A stretch of DNA of 63,761 nt, counting the filler, from Octopus bimaculoides (Eukaryota): assembly GCF_001194135.2 (NCBI RefSeq). It is 3 parts of 3 records of this genome, joined end to end, with 100 filler letters (N's around TTAATTAATTAA, not from the genome) between each part and the next. Parts side by side here need not be neighbours in the genome. Positions count along the whole stretch, not along the records: positions 47,955 to 63,761 come from NC_069001.1; 2 more parts are not named here. One strand, written 5' to 3'. The translations under genes and the position numbers were made by a program. This document shows positions 52,201 to 63,581 of the stretch, piece after piece. The stretch's first letter is position 1. Each line of letters begins with the position of its first letter. The notes below the pieces were generated by a model. The model was given only the letters and a program-made list of their open reading frames with translations. It was not told the origin of the DNA and searched no databases.

Positions 52201-54339
52201 AGCTCTGCCCCATAATCACCAGTCCCCCAGCTTCGGCCCTCCCACCACCAATACCTGGGAATCCGGCAAAGCGTTTGACCAGAATATACACAAACGCACT
52301 CACAAACACATGCCCTAACACGGCGGACATCCGCCCAATAGGCCCTTTTCCACACACCCCCACCCCAATATAAGCCCTCACAATAGCATGAAGTAGTGAA
52401 AATAACGTTGTCCGTTCCTGTTCGCCGTATATGGCCACCCTGTGGTGACAGGTCAGGCTTAAAGTAGGTCAAATGCAGGAATCCGGGTGTTCGAACGCTG
52501 CCTTATTTAGCATCTTTTTATTAGGTCGTGCGTTGCATCGAGGAGTCTGTGAAATTCGATGTTTTGCAACATTAACGACAGCTGTTCTGAGCTTTGGGAG
52601 CATGGCCCCGCTATTCTCACCTGGTTGTGACACCTTTTGAACAGATGTTGTTGTTGTTATTTTTAGTGCCATTGTTGTTGCTGTTGTTGTTGTTGTTTTT
52701 CAAGACAGCTCTGGTAGAACATACCTATGAGCAAAGACGTTCCAGCTTTGACTAACCCATCTTAGTTATTTACGACTATATTATGTTTTCTTGCGCAGAT
52801 TGAAGGAAATATAGCTGCTATCTCTAGTAATCTCATACAATTATTATTATTATTATTGTTTTCTCGTCGTTGTCCACTTCTTCCTCATTTCCGTCCTCCC
52901 CTTCTCCTCCGCCTCATCCTCATCATCATCATCGTTTTGTTCGATTCATTATCAACTTACAATGCCGTGTCCCTAACTGGATCTTACTTCAGACAATATT
53001 CCTCTTTACTTTTTTTTTTTTTTTCATACAGGTACAAAGACACCAAATTCTTTTATTTGGATCGAAGGCAATATAGCTGCTATTTCTAGCAGACCGTACG
53101 ATCACGCAGGTGCTTCCCCGTTGGCTCGCAGGCAGATGTTTGCATTTATTTATGTATCTATTTATTTATTTTGAAAAGGGGAAGGGGTGTGAGAGTGTGC
53201 TGCTGAGGTTGTTATGGCTTTTGCTAAGGTTGCCAGATCGTGAATATTGNNNNNNNNNNNNNNNNNNNNNNNNNNNNNNNNNNNNNNNNNNNNNNNNNNN
53301 NNNNNNNNNNNNNNNNNNNNNNNNNNNNNNNNNNNNNNNNNNNNNNNNNNNNNNNNNNNNNNNNNNNNNNNNNNNNNNNNNNNNNNNNNNNNNNNNNNNN
53401 NNNNNNNNNNNNNNNNNNNNNNNNNNNNNNNNNNNNNNNNNNNNNNNNNNNNNNNNNNNNNNNNNNNNNNNNNNNNNNNNNNNNNNNNNNNNNNNNNNNN
53501 NNNNNNNNNNNNNNNNNNNNNNNNNNNNNNNNNNNNNNNNNNNNNNNNNNNNNNNNNNNNNNNNNNNNNNNNNNNNNNNNNNNNNNNNNNNNNNNNNNNN
53601 NNNNNNNNNNNNNNNNNNNNNNNNNNNNNNNNNNNNNNNNNNNNNNNNNNNNNNNNNNNNNNNNNNNNNNNNNNNNNNNNNNNNNNNNNNNNNNNNNNNN
53701 NNNNNNNNNNNNNNNNNNNNNNNNNNNNNNNNNNNNNNNNNNNNNNNNNNNNNNNNNNNNNNNNNNNNNNNNNNNNNNNNNNNNNNNNNNNNNNNNNNNN
53801 NNNNNNNNNNNNNNNNNNNNNNNNNNNNNNNNNNNNNNNNNNNNNNNNNNNNNNNNNNNNNNNNNNNNNNNNNNNNNNNNNNNNNNNNNNNNNNNNNNNN
53901 NNNNNNNNNNNNNNNNNNNNNNNNNNNNNNNNNNNNNNNNNNNNNNNNNNNNNNNNNNNNNNNNNNNNNNNNNNNNNNNNNNNNNNNNNNNNNNNNNNNN
54001 NNNNNNNNNNNNNNNNNNNNNNNNNNNNNNNNNNNNNNNNNNNNNNNNNNNNNNNNNNNNNNNNNNNNNNNNNNNNNNNNNNNNNNNNNNNNNNNNNNNN
54101 NNCTTAAAATTTAACACACTCACCGGTAAAATTTCCACTTATTTCTTATTTTTATTTTCCTAAAATTTTCGTTGCGTCTTGCAACCTTTTCAATAGTCTT
54201 CACTCTGTCCGTAGTGGTGGTTTTAAGTTCATGCAGTAGGACTCTCTTTCGTTTCTGATACTGGTTGTGTGTTAAATTTTAAGGCACGATAAGAAAATGA
54301 CTCTCCCCAGACACAACAGTTATTATTATTATTATTATT

Positions 54340-54792
54340 TTAACCTGTATGTTTGTTACAATCACTTGCCGAGACACACCCAGAGTCCTAGAGCGAGTGA
54401 AGGATAAGAGATGTTACATTTTGACTGAAAGCTTGGGGAGGAGAAGTGGCAGGGGCAGTAGCGAAATATCTTCATGTAATACAACAGCCATTTAAATGGA
54501 TAGGGTTTTTCTAAAGATGTGGGCAGTACTGGTCAGCATATACTGATCAGCACAATCTTTCGGATTTCTCTGAGATATGGTTCTCCTGGGATATTATCTA
54601 GATGTTTTTGACATCCCTTTCTTATCATACCTAGGGCACCCAAAATAACAGGAACAGTTCTCGCTTTGAGATACCACTTCTTTTGTATTTCAATTTCCAT
54701 TTCTTCCCTGTCTTTAATAATTATGTCTGGTCGATTATCCTGGATCGTTCTGTCGGTGTTGACTGGAAAATCCCAGAGGATAGTGACATCTA
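54340..54792 (-). mobile_element. Dong/R4-clade LINE 3' fragment (RLE domain plus 3' UTR), internally deleted, between two (TAA)n tracts
   Basis: DVTILWDFPVNTDRTIQDNRPDIIIKDREE^MEIEIQKKWYLKARTVPVILGALGMIRKGCQKHLDNIPGEPYLREIRKIVL..TSTAHIFRKTLSI*; the 3' UTR ends in (AAT)n. Confidence 0.9.

Positions 54793-54877
<85 letters not shown>
54793..54877. repeat. (TAT)n microsatellite
   Basis: Direct reading. Confidence 0.95.
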
Positions 54878-55662
54878 TCACTATCGTTGTCGTAGTTGTC
54901 ATCATCATCATCATTTTGTTCAATTCATTACCAATTTACAATGTTTTGCCAGCAACTATATTTTACTTGAGACAATATAAACATTGGAAACTGATAATGA
55001 AGTGGATAAAAGTGATGAGGATTCTGATAACGATGACGACGACGATGTATGGGTAAGATTAGATGCGGTCGACGCTTGACAACTGAACAACACAGATTTC
55101 GGTTAACCGTGTAAAACGTCTCCTGTCAGTCGCGCACACAGTTTGGCTGTATCCGACGGTGGACCATGACGCACCACAAAGAGCACAGCAATAATAAAGC
55201 GAAAAGAACATGGCCATTGCTTTGGTACTCCTTTATTCGATTGTCTGATGGTGTGTCTTTGCTCCATGCTGACCCTGTGAGTTGCATCTGCAGTGTGACG
55301 TCATGCGCTGACGAATGCTGAAACATATGGAACGGTCGGAATTAGGAAGTACCAGCTTGTGCCCATGCTCTTTTCACTTATGTACGATGCGTGCGTGTGT
55401 GTGTGTTTGTACACATATATANNNNNNNNNNNNNNNNNNNNNNNNNNNNNNNNNNNNNNNNNNNNNNNNNNNNNNNNNNNNNNNNNNNNNNNNNNNNNNN
55501 NNNNNNNNNNNNNNNNNNNNNNNNNNNNNNNNNNNNNNNNNNNNNNNNNNNNNNNNNNNNNNNNNNNNNNNNNNNNNNNNNNNNNNNNNNNNNNNNNNNN
55601 NNNNNNNNNNNNNNNNNNNNNNNNNNNNNNNNNNNNNNNNNNNNNNNNNNNNNNNNNNNNNN

Positions 55663-55695
<33 letters not shown>

Positions 55696-56390
55696 AAGAA
55701 AGAAAAAAGAAAGAAAGAAAGAAAGAAAGAGAAGGGGTGTGATCGAGTGAGTGAGTGAGAGATTGAGGAATAAATTCTGGAGATATTTCGAGTCAGTTTT
55801 ATCAGAAGAGATGTAAATAGAGAGTTTGTTAAGACCGGGAATAGAATCCCCGTCTTTAATTACTGGCTTAAAGTTGAATAATAACAATAATAATAATAAT
55901 AATAATAATAACAATAACAATAACAACAACAACATCTGTAAATATGCAAACACACATGTACCCATGTATACATATCACATACATATCTATACACACACAT
56001 ACATATATATATATGTGTGTAGATGCATGTGTGTGTGTGCACACATGTCTGTACACCCTCCCACACACAGATACTCATAGTGAGGAGTAACGAGCATTTG
56101 GAACACATGTTGGGAAACCTGACGTTATATCCCAGACAACACCTGACAATGGTGTACTGTTAATGGGTGGCTGTGAGGATGGAATGGAAGCAGGGGCGAA
56201 GTGGTAGTGGCGATGGGGTGTTGCAGTTGCTGATGATGATGATGATGATGATAGTGGTGTTGGTTGTGGTAGTGGTGGTAGTGGTGGCCGCGATGCGGTG
56301 GTGTAGAGGATGGTATTGCGTGTAGGAGTAAACATAACGTTTAAAGAAAATGTTCAAATTATCTTCACTGCCCAATACATATATACATAC

Positions 56391-56446
<56 letters not shown>

Positions 56447-57044
56447 NNNNNNNNNNNNNNNNNNNNNNNNNNNNNNNNNNNNNNNNNNNNNNNNNNNNNN
56501 NNNNNNNNNNNNNNNNNNNNNNNNNNNNNNNNNNNNNNNNNNNNNNNNNNNNNNNNNNNNNNNNNNNNNNNNNNNNNNNNNNNNNNNNNNNNNNNNNNNN
56601 NTATATATAGGAATGTCCTTCACTGTAAGGTATCCATCTGAAGAAAATGGTTTCTTTAGAATTGAAGTGATGTACTCATTAATCAATTAAATGAGTCATA
56701 ATGAGTCATTAGAAACGGTTGTGATTGATTGAAGCACGGCGGAGATTACTGGGGTGTGACGCATGGTGAGGCTCAGTTACTGGGTTAGTGAGACAACTCT
56801 CCTTCTGATTTTTGGCACTCAAAATAAACACATAGTCTTTTATCCTGTATTTCTCTCGTTGCAAAAGTACTTCCTCTCTGAACTCTTATGGAAACATAAA
56901 CCTTGAAGTGACTCCAAGATAATCTGCTTATATCCTTTCTGTCTTAACTCATAAATCACTTTTAATATATTTTAATGGCGGCCTGTTAAACCTGCCACCT
57001 ACCGACAAAACCCCCAAACTTTTGTTCGAATATTATTTCAGCGT

Positions 57045-57255
57045 AACCCGAGGCGACGAGCCGATAGAGTTGTAACAATTTAAACAAAAATACCTTGTGG
57101 TCTTTGCTCCGGTTTTTTACGTCATTAGTTCATATCACACCGAGGTCAACTTTGTTTTTCATCCTTCCGGGGTCAATAAAATAAAATACCAGTCATGTAC
57201 TGAGGTCCATAACATTGACTAAGTTTCTCCCCTCAAAATTGGTAGCCTTGTGAAG
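57045..57255 (+). mobile_element. Diverged tRNA-derived SINE (dominant family)
   Basis: 'gaggcgacgagccgatagagttgtaac...ccgaggtcaactttgtttttcatccttccggggtcaataaaataaaatacc'. Confidence 0.7.
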
Positions 57256-57351
57256 CTATAGTAGAAGGTACTTGCCCAAGGTACCACGCAGTGGGACTGA
57301 ACCCAGAATTATGTCATTGGGAAGCAAGCTTCTCACCACACACCCACGCCT
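57252..57351 (-). mobile_element. SINE 5' head (CORE/MIR-like type)
   Basis: Minus strand 'aggcgtgggtgtgtggtgagaagcttgcttcccaa...ctgGGTTCAGTCCCactgcgtggtaccttgggcaagt' has A-box-like and B-box motifs plus the 'ccttgggcaagt' core. Confidence 0.75.
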
Positions 57352-57416
<65 letters not shown>

Positions 57417-58360
57417 TACATACACACACACACACATACATACATACATACATACATACATACGTACGTACGTATGTATGTATGTATGTATGTATGTATC
57501 TGCACATAAATGTATGCGTACATGCATATTATTTTAGTATTTTTGTTTCATTCACTTAATCAGTTCCATTCTGTCAGTGCCATACCAAAAAGAGATGGTT
57601 TTTGTTGCTGTTGTTTCTATTGATGGTGATGGGTGGGACGGAGGAGTGGAGCAGGGGCTGTTGTTGTAGAATGGCAAATATTGCGATGGAAATAAAAATT
57701 CCGGTGCTGAGAAAGCAAACAGAGTAACAAGTTCAATGTTGTTTCTTCAAGATCAAGTGCGAAAGGAAGACCTGGTGGGGGTTTAAGATGTCTTAAAAAC
57801 CTCGCTAAACAGTTGCAGCCGACATTGATTGTGGCAGACGATCTCTGGTCTGCAATTATACAGACGTGTCAATATGGCGGTCGGCTGAGAGAGGTGTGTG
57901 TGTATGTATGTAGGTGTGTGTGTGTATGTATGTAGGTGTGTGTGTGTTCGCGCTATGGTCTCTGATTTTATGTTTGTGGAGTACAGATACACACACACGT
58001 ATGTGCATTTACGTATACATATGTAGACACTCTATAGGAACGTAGACGCATACGTACACATATGTCTGTTTTGCTACATATATATACATAGATTTAATTA
58101 AAGATAAACATATGTATGTATGTATGTACATATATGCATTGGTATAAATAAATATATAGATATTACACATACGCATTCATATATAGACATATATATACGT
58201 GCAGGTATTCATTTATGTGTGTGTAAAGATGTAGAGCATATCGTTAACAGAGACATTGAGAAGGAGAAAGGAAAGAAAAAAACTATAGTTATTCACAAAA
58301 CTACAAAATTAAATTGGATATAACTAGAACAAATCCAATCTATTGGGAGAAATATACGCA

Positions 58361-58378
58361 GATAGATTGATAGATTGG

Positions 58379-58413
<35 letters not shown>

Positions 58414-58430
58414 GTAGGTAGGTAGGTAGG

Positions 58431-58466
<36 letters not shown>

Positions 58467-58470
58467 TCAA
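58361..58470. repeat. (AGAT)n/(AGGT)n/(AGAC)n tetranucleotide array
   Basis: Direct reading. Confidence 0.95.
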
Positions 58471-58539
58471 ATAGATAAAGTTGGAAGAGAAATGAGAATG
58501 TGGGAGAAGGAAAGGTAGGTAGGTAAGTACATGTACATA

Positions 58540-58576
<37 letters not shown>

Positions 58577-59027
58577 NNNNNNNNNNNNNNNNNNNNNNNN
58601 NNNNNNNNNNNNNNNNNNNNNNNNNNNNNNNNNNNNNNNNNNNNNNNNNNNNNNNNNNNNNNNNNNNNNNNNNNNNNNNNNNNNNNNNNNNNNNNNNNNN
58701 NNNNNNNNNNNNNNNNNNNNNNNNNNNNNNNNNNNNNNNNNNNNNNNNNNNNNNNNNNNNNNNNNNNNNNNNNNNNNNNNNNNNNNNNNNNNNNNNNNNN
58801 NNNNNNNNNNNNNNNNNNNNNNNNNNNNNNNNNNNNNNNNNNNNNNNNNNNNNNNNNNNNNNNNNNNNNNNNNNNNNNNNNNNNNNNNNNNNNNNNNNNN
58901 NNNNNNNNNNNNNNNNNNNNNNNNNNNNNNNNNNNNNNNNNNNNNNNNNNNNNNNNNNNNNNNNNNNNNNNNNNNNNNNNNNNNNNNNNNNNNNNNNNNN
59001 NNNNNNNNNNNNNNNNNNNNNNNNNNN

Positions 59028-59062
<35 letters not shown>

Positions 59063-59499
59063 GATATATATATGTATATATATATTTATACAACAGACCG
59101 CACATAAGCACACACACACACACACACACACATGGCATATGGTTGTTTGTGTATAGATCAAATGTTAACGTATCCTACCCCGGGTAAACTAGTAAGAAGT
59201 GTGTGTTATTATGATAGACGGGGGCAGTCTTCCTGTACCCCTGTAGAACCACCCCCTGTCGGTCACGCTGGATTGAGCGTGACATGATTAACCCAGGTAA
59301 AAGTATCTATAAATATGCATTGTACTGTACACCCTTCTACACACACACGCGCGCGTCATATACTTACATACATACATGTGTGTGGGGGTGGGGGTGAAAC
59401 CCCTCCGTATTTCTGTCTAAATTAAATATTTTGATTCTTCTTGTATATTGAGTCATTTACTAAGTGAATGATTTGAATAAACATACGAAAACGCTAACG

Positions 59500-59738
59500 T
59501 TGTGTGTGTCTGTATGAGAGAGACAGAGAGAGAGAATGTGTGTGTGAGAGAGAGAGACAGAGAGAGTGTGCGTGAGTGTGTGTGTGAGAGAGAGAGACAG
59601 AGACAGAGACAGAATGTGTGTGTCTGTGAGTGTGTGTGAAAGAGAGACAGAGAGAGAATGTGTGTGTGTGTATGTGTGTGCGTGTATGTGTGCGTGCATG
59701 AGTGTGTGTATTGTATATTTTATGTATGTATCTATCTA

Positions 59739-59776
<38 letters not shown>
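59500..59776. repeat. Alternating (TG)n/(AG)n blocks with a recurring 'gagagagaatgtgtgtgt' junction
   Basis: Direct reading. Confidence 0.85.
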
Positions 59777-59779
<3 letters not shown>

Positions 59780-60184
59780 GGTGTTGGAGNNNNNNNNNNN
59801 NNNNNNNNNNNNNNNNNNNNNNNNNNNNNNNNNNNNNNNNNNNNNNNNNNNNNNNNNNNNNNNNNNNNNNNNNNNNNNNNNNNNNNNNNNNNNNNNNNNN
59901 NNNNNNNNNNNNNNNNNNNNNNNNNNNNNNNNNNNNNNNNNNNNNNNNNNNNNNNNNNNNNNNNNNNNNNNNNNNNNNNNNNNNNNNNNNNNNNNNNNNN
60001 NNNNNNNNNNNNNNNNNNNNNNNNNNNNNNNNNNNNNNNNNNNNNNNNNNNNNNNNNNNNNNNNNNNNNNNNNNNNNNNNNNNNNNNNNNNNNNNNNNNN
60101 NNNNNNNNNNNNNNNNNNNNNNNNNNNNNNNNNNNNNNNNNNNNNNNNNNNNNNNNNNNNNNNNNNNNNNNNNNNNNNNNNNNN

Positions 60185-60760
60185 NTTTCTTGATCTTGAC
60201 CACCAGCTTTGGTCTCGGTGCTGCAGACAGAACGGTTAGTGTCTTTCTTAACCGCGCCCCAAATATAGTAATCCATGGGGTTACAATCCGGGAATGGGGG
60301 GGGGGATTCGAGTTAGGGTTAGGGTTAGAAATTCTCCATCAACGACTTCTAACTCTTTCCAGAGGCATGTCAAGAAGCCAAATCCTGCTGCCACACATGT
60401 TCTTCCAGCAGCAGCCTACTCCGGCCAGAGAATGACCACAGTCTCCAACAGTTTTACATGACCATCAGAATTGAGCCTGAGGCCCTGTTCAAAGATGTGG
60501 GGATGAGCCTCATCGTGCAAAAGTAGTCAGAGCTCCTCCTGTGCCACTTCCTGCTGGTCACAGCTTCGTAGTCTCTGTTGCAGCCATCCACGTCACATCT
60601 TACAGTCTTTAAAATATTCACAGAACATTGAGCTTCAGTAATGATGTTGGCCTTTTGATACCCTGTGCGAATCGTAATGATTCAGGTAACTCTTTTACAA
60701 TATTCAGATGGCTTCCAATCTTTTTGTCAGCTAACTTTTTTCTCAACTACAACTTTAATC
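60185..60760 (-). mobile_element. Tc1/mariner superfamily, maT-like (DD37D) transposase remnant
   Basis: PHIFEQGLRLNSDGHVKLLETVV / HVWQQDLAS*HASGKS*KSLMENF / PDCNPMDYYIWGAVKKDTN. The third catalytic residue is D in a 'PDxNPxDY' context; the 3' part runs into an N gap. Confidence 0.8.
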
Positions 60761-61068
60761 TTTATGCGCTGCAACGCCGTTGACTGGTCAACAATATACC
60801 AAGATGTTCCTGAAAGAAAAAGAGACATAAAATATATTTAAACGGAAATGGATGCACGACCAAATGACCGCTTTGGTTGCGGCTTTTCATAAGAATCACG
60901 TGAAACAGGCTCTGTTGCACGATCCCACGGTCGGAATAGGGCTGAAACGTGATGCAATTATCGAACACAGAAACATGTGGAACAGAATCAATTAAAAGAA
61001 TTTCAAATTCCTGCTTCATGTTTACCTCTCTTAATTACACACATGCGCGCGCGCTGGGGTTGATTAGC

Positions 61069-61144
<76 letters not shown>
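61069..61144. repeat. (AGAT)n microsatellite
   Basis: Direct reading. Confidence 0.95.
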
Positions 61145-61146
<2 letters not shown>

Positions 61147-61903
61147 CTGCTGTAATTAAGTGAATAGGTGCAGTACAGCTGTTAACCACTAAACTATTTA
61201 TAATATATACACTTCTTTCCCACTGTATACACCCCACGCCCAGTGTATACACTGCCTTCCTAATAATCTCTACTAATTGTTTGGTATGAATGTCGAAGAA
61301 AATTATTTCTCGACGAACATTGATTATGGACATTTATATCTCTCCCCTCCTCCCTCCTCTCCCCCTCCTCCCTCCTCTCCCCCTCCTCCTCTCTCCTCTC
61401 TCTCTCTTTCACACACACATATATATGTATGTATGTATAATACTTTTTTTCTATGAGGTCAACAATATATGAGTGTGTATCTATGTGCGTGTGTGTGTAT
61501 CTATATATTTGAATATATTCATACATATATACGTAGGCATAAAAGCGTTCATATATTCATATTTATATATACACACACACACATATATAATATATTGAAA
61601 TGGGGTAGACACAGAGAGCGAGAGCGGTGGGTAGTTCTGATTATCTATTTATCTAACAATGATACGAGATATCTGTGTGTGCATATACATACATACATAC
61701 ATATATACTCAAGCGCGCGCACGGTGAATGATTGGTGCAATAATGTTTATCTGTTTCTCCATCTAATGGTGATACGGGGTGTGAAATAGCATCAAAGTTA
61801 AGGTTAGGTAAATACGTCTGCGATATTGGCGGCACTCACACTGAGATAGAGGTGTGGCACACTTACCTTGCACCCGACTCCTTACGTATAGGTAGACTCC
61901 TGA

Positions 61904-61937
<34 letters not shown>

Positions 61938-62044
61938 TAAGAGTATCATTAGATGATATCTGGACAGTATAGAAATTGATAAATAACCGAGTCGGGAAGA
62001 TGTCTTTGTCTATCTCTCTTTATCTATCATTGCATACTTATATG

Positions 62045-62087
<43 letters not shown>

Positions 62088-62408
62088 GGATTCTTCTTGT
62101 GCACACATAGGTACACATATACAGAGGGAAAGATGTATATACAGTCAACCTTCACTCCCTCCCCCCCNNNNNNNNNNNNNNNNNNNNNNNNNNNNNNNNN
62201 NNNNNNNNNNNNNNNNNNNNNNNNNNNNNNNNNNNNNNNNNNNNNNNNNNNNNNNNNNNNNNNNNNNNNNNNNNNNNNNNNNNNNNNNNNNNNNNNNNNN
62301 NNNNNNNNNNNNNNNNNNNNNNNNNNNNNNNNNNNNNNNNNNNNNNNNNNNNNNNNNNNNNNNNNNNNNNNNNNNNNNNNNNNNNNNNNNNNNNNNNNNN
62401 NNNNNNNN

Positions 62409-62452
<44 letters not shown>

Positions 62453-62678
62453 GACATATAGACATATATACATATATATATACACACATATCAACATATA
62501 TATATACACACACACACACAAATGTATATATACATGTATATGCATATATACATGTAAATATATACGTAATTCCATATACGTATTTACATATATATGCATT
62601 TATATATATATATATATATGGGGAGGTGTATATATGTATATCTGTATGTGCTTGTGTGAGTGTGTGTCCTGTGTGCGT

Positions 62679-62729
<51 letters not shown>

Positions 62730-63345
62730 GTGCGGCTTATTGTATGTGTGTGTATCAATCGAGTGTATTGTTACAGTGTTATCTTTCTTTGTCACCTTCT
62801 GTAATAAGTATTCGGGTGGAGTGGAATACCCGGGTAGCGTTGTCGGGTGGAGTCTGCTATCTAACAATAACCCAGGTATTTCCAGATAAAAAAATATGAC
62901 TTATCTCTTAAACCACAACAACAACCAAAACATTGATAATAAAAAAAAAACAAAGAACACTACCACCGCCGCCGCCGCCATCACCAATATCATGGCTACG
63001 ATCACGGGGAGGGCGACCGCTACCACAAACATTAATATAACATCACTGTCAGGACTATATAGAGCAAAGATATACAGTGTGTATATATATGTGTGTGTGT
63101 GTATGCGTGTGTGTTTGAAAATATATATACCTGTATACATTGGTCTGTGTACTACGTATATATATATATATGTGTGTGTGTGTATGTGTGTGCGTGTGTG
63201 TATGTATGTATGTATGTATACATGTATGTATGCACGTATGTATAGATGTATTAGTACGTATGTATATGTGCAAATTTGTATGTTTTATTTTACGTATGTA
63301 TTCTCTTGCATATGTTTATATATATATATATATGTATATATATAA
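62409..63345. repeat. Mosaic of degenerate (TA)n, (CA)n and (TG)n low-complexity tracts
   Basis: Direct reading; interrupted by ~300 bp of more complex sequence at 62760-63070. Confidence 0.85.
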
Positions 63346-63349
63346 ATAC

Positions 63350-63478
63350 ATATTCTCTCCGTTTATTTCCTCGTGTTCCTTTCTGCTGAAGAGCATAGGC
63401 TCGAAACGTAAAAGACTCTCTCACTTATGCGCCCGTCAAACTAATACACCTGTTTTCGTCTTTTGTTCTTCTGGAAAA
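63350..63478 (+). mobile_element. Short interspersed repeat with a hammerhead-like core (Penelope-associated type)
   Basis: CTGAAGA-gcataggctc-GAAA-CGTA at 63386-63410; family assignment is from recollection. Confidence 0.5.
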
Positions 63479-63530
63479 TTCACAAGTTCATCAGGTGTGT
63501 TATAGCATAACTTACCTGATGAACCTGTGA

Positions 63531-63581
<51 letters not shown>

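Noticed and set aside
55308-55332. CTGACGA-atgct-GAAACATATG hammerhead-like motif
   Set aside because: Lacks the U16.1-H17 cleavage triplet and stem I.
59262-59283. 8-bp perfect hairpin gtcacgct/agcgtgac
   Set aside because: Short stems like this are expected by chance in ~58 kb; no supporting context.
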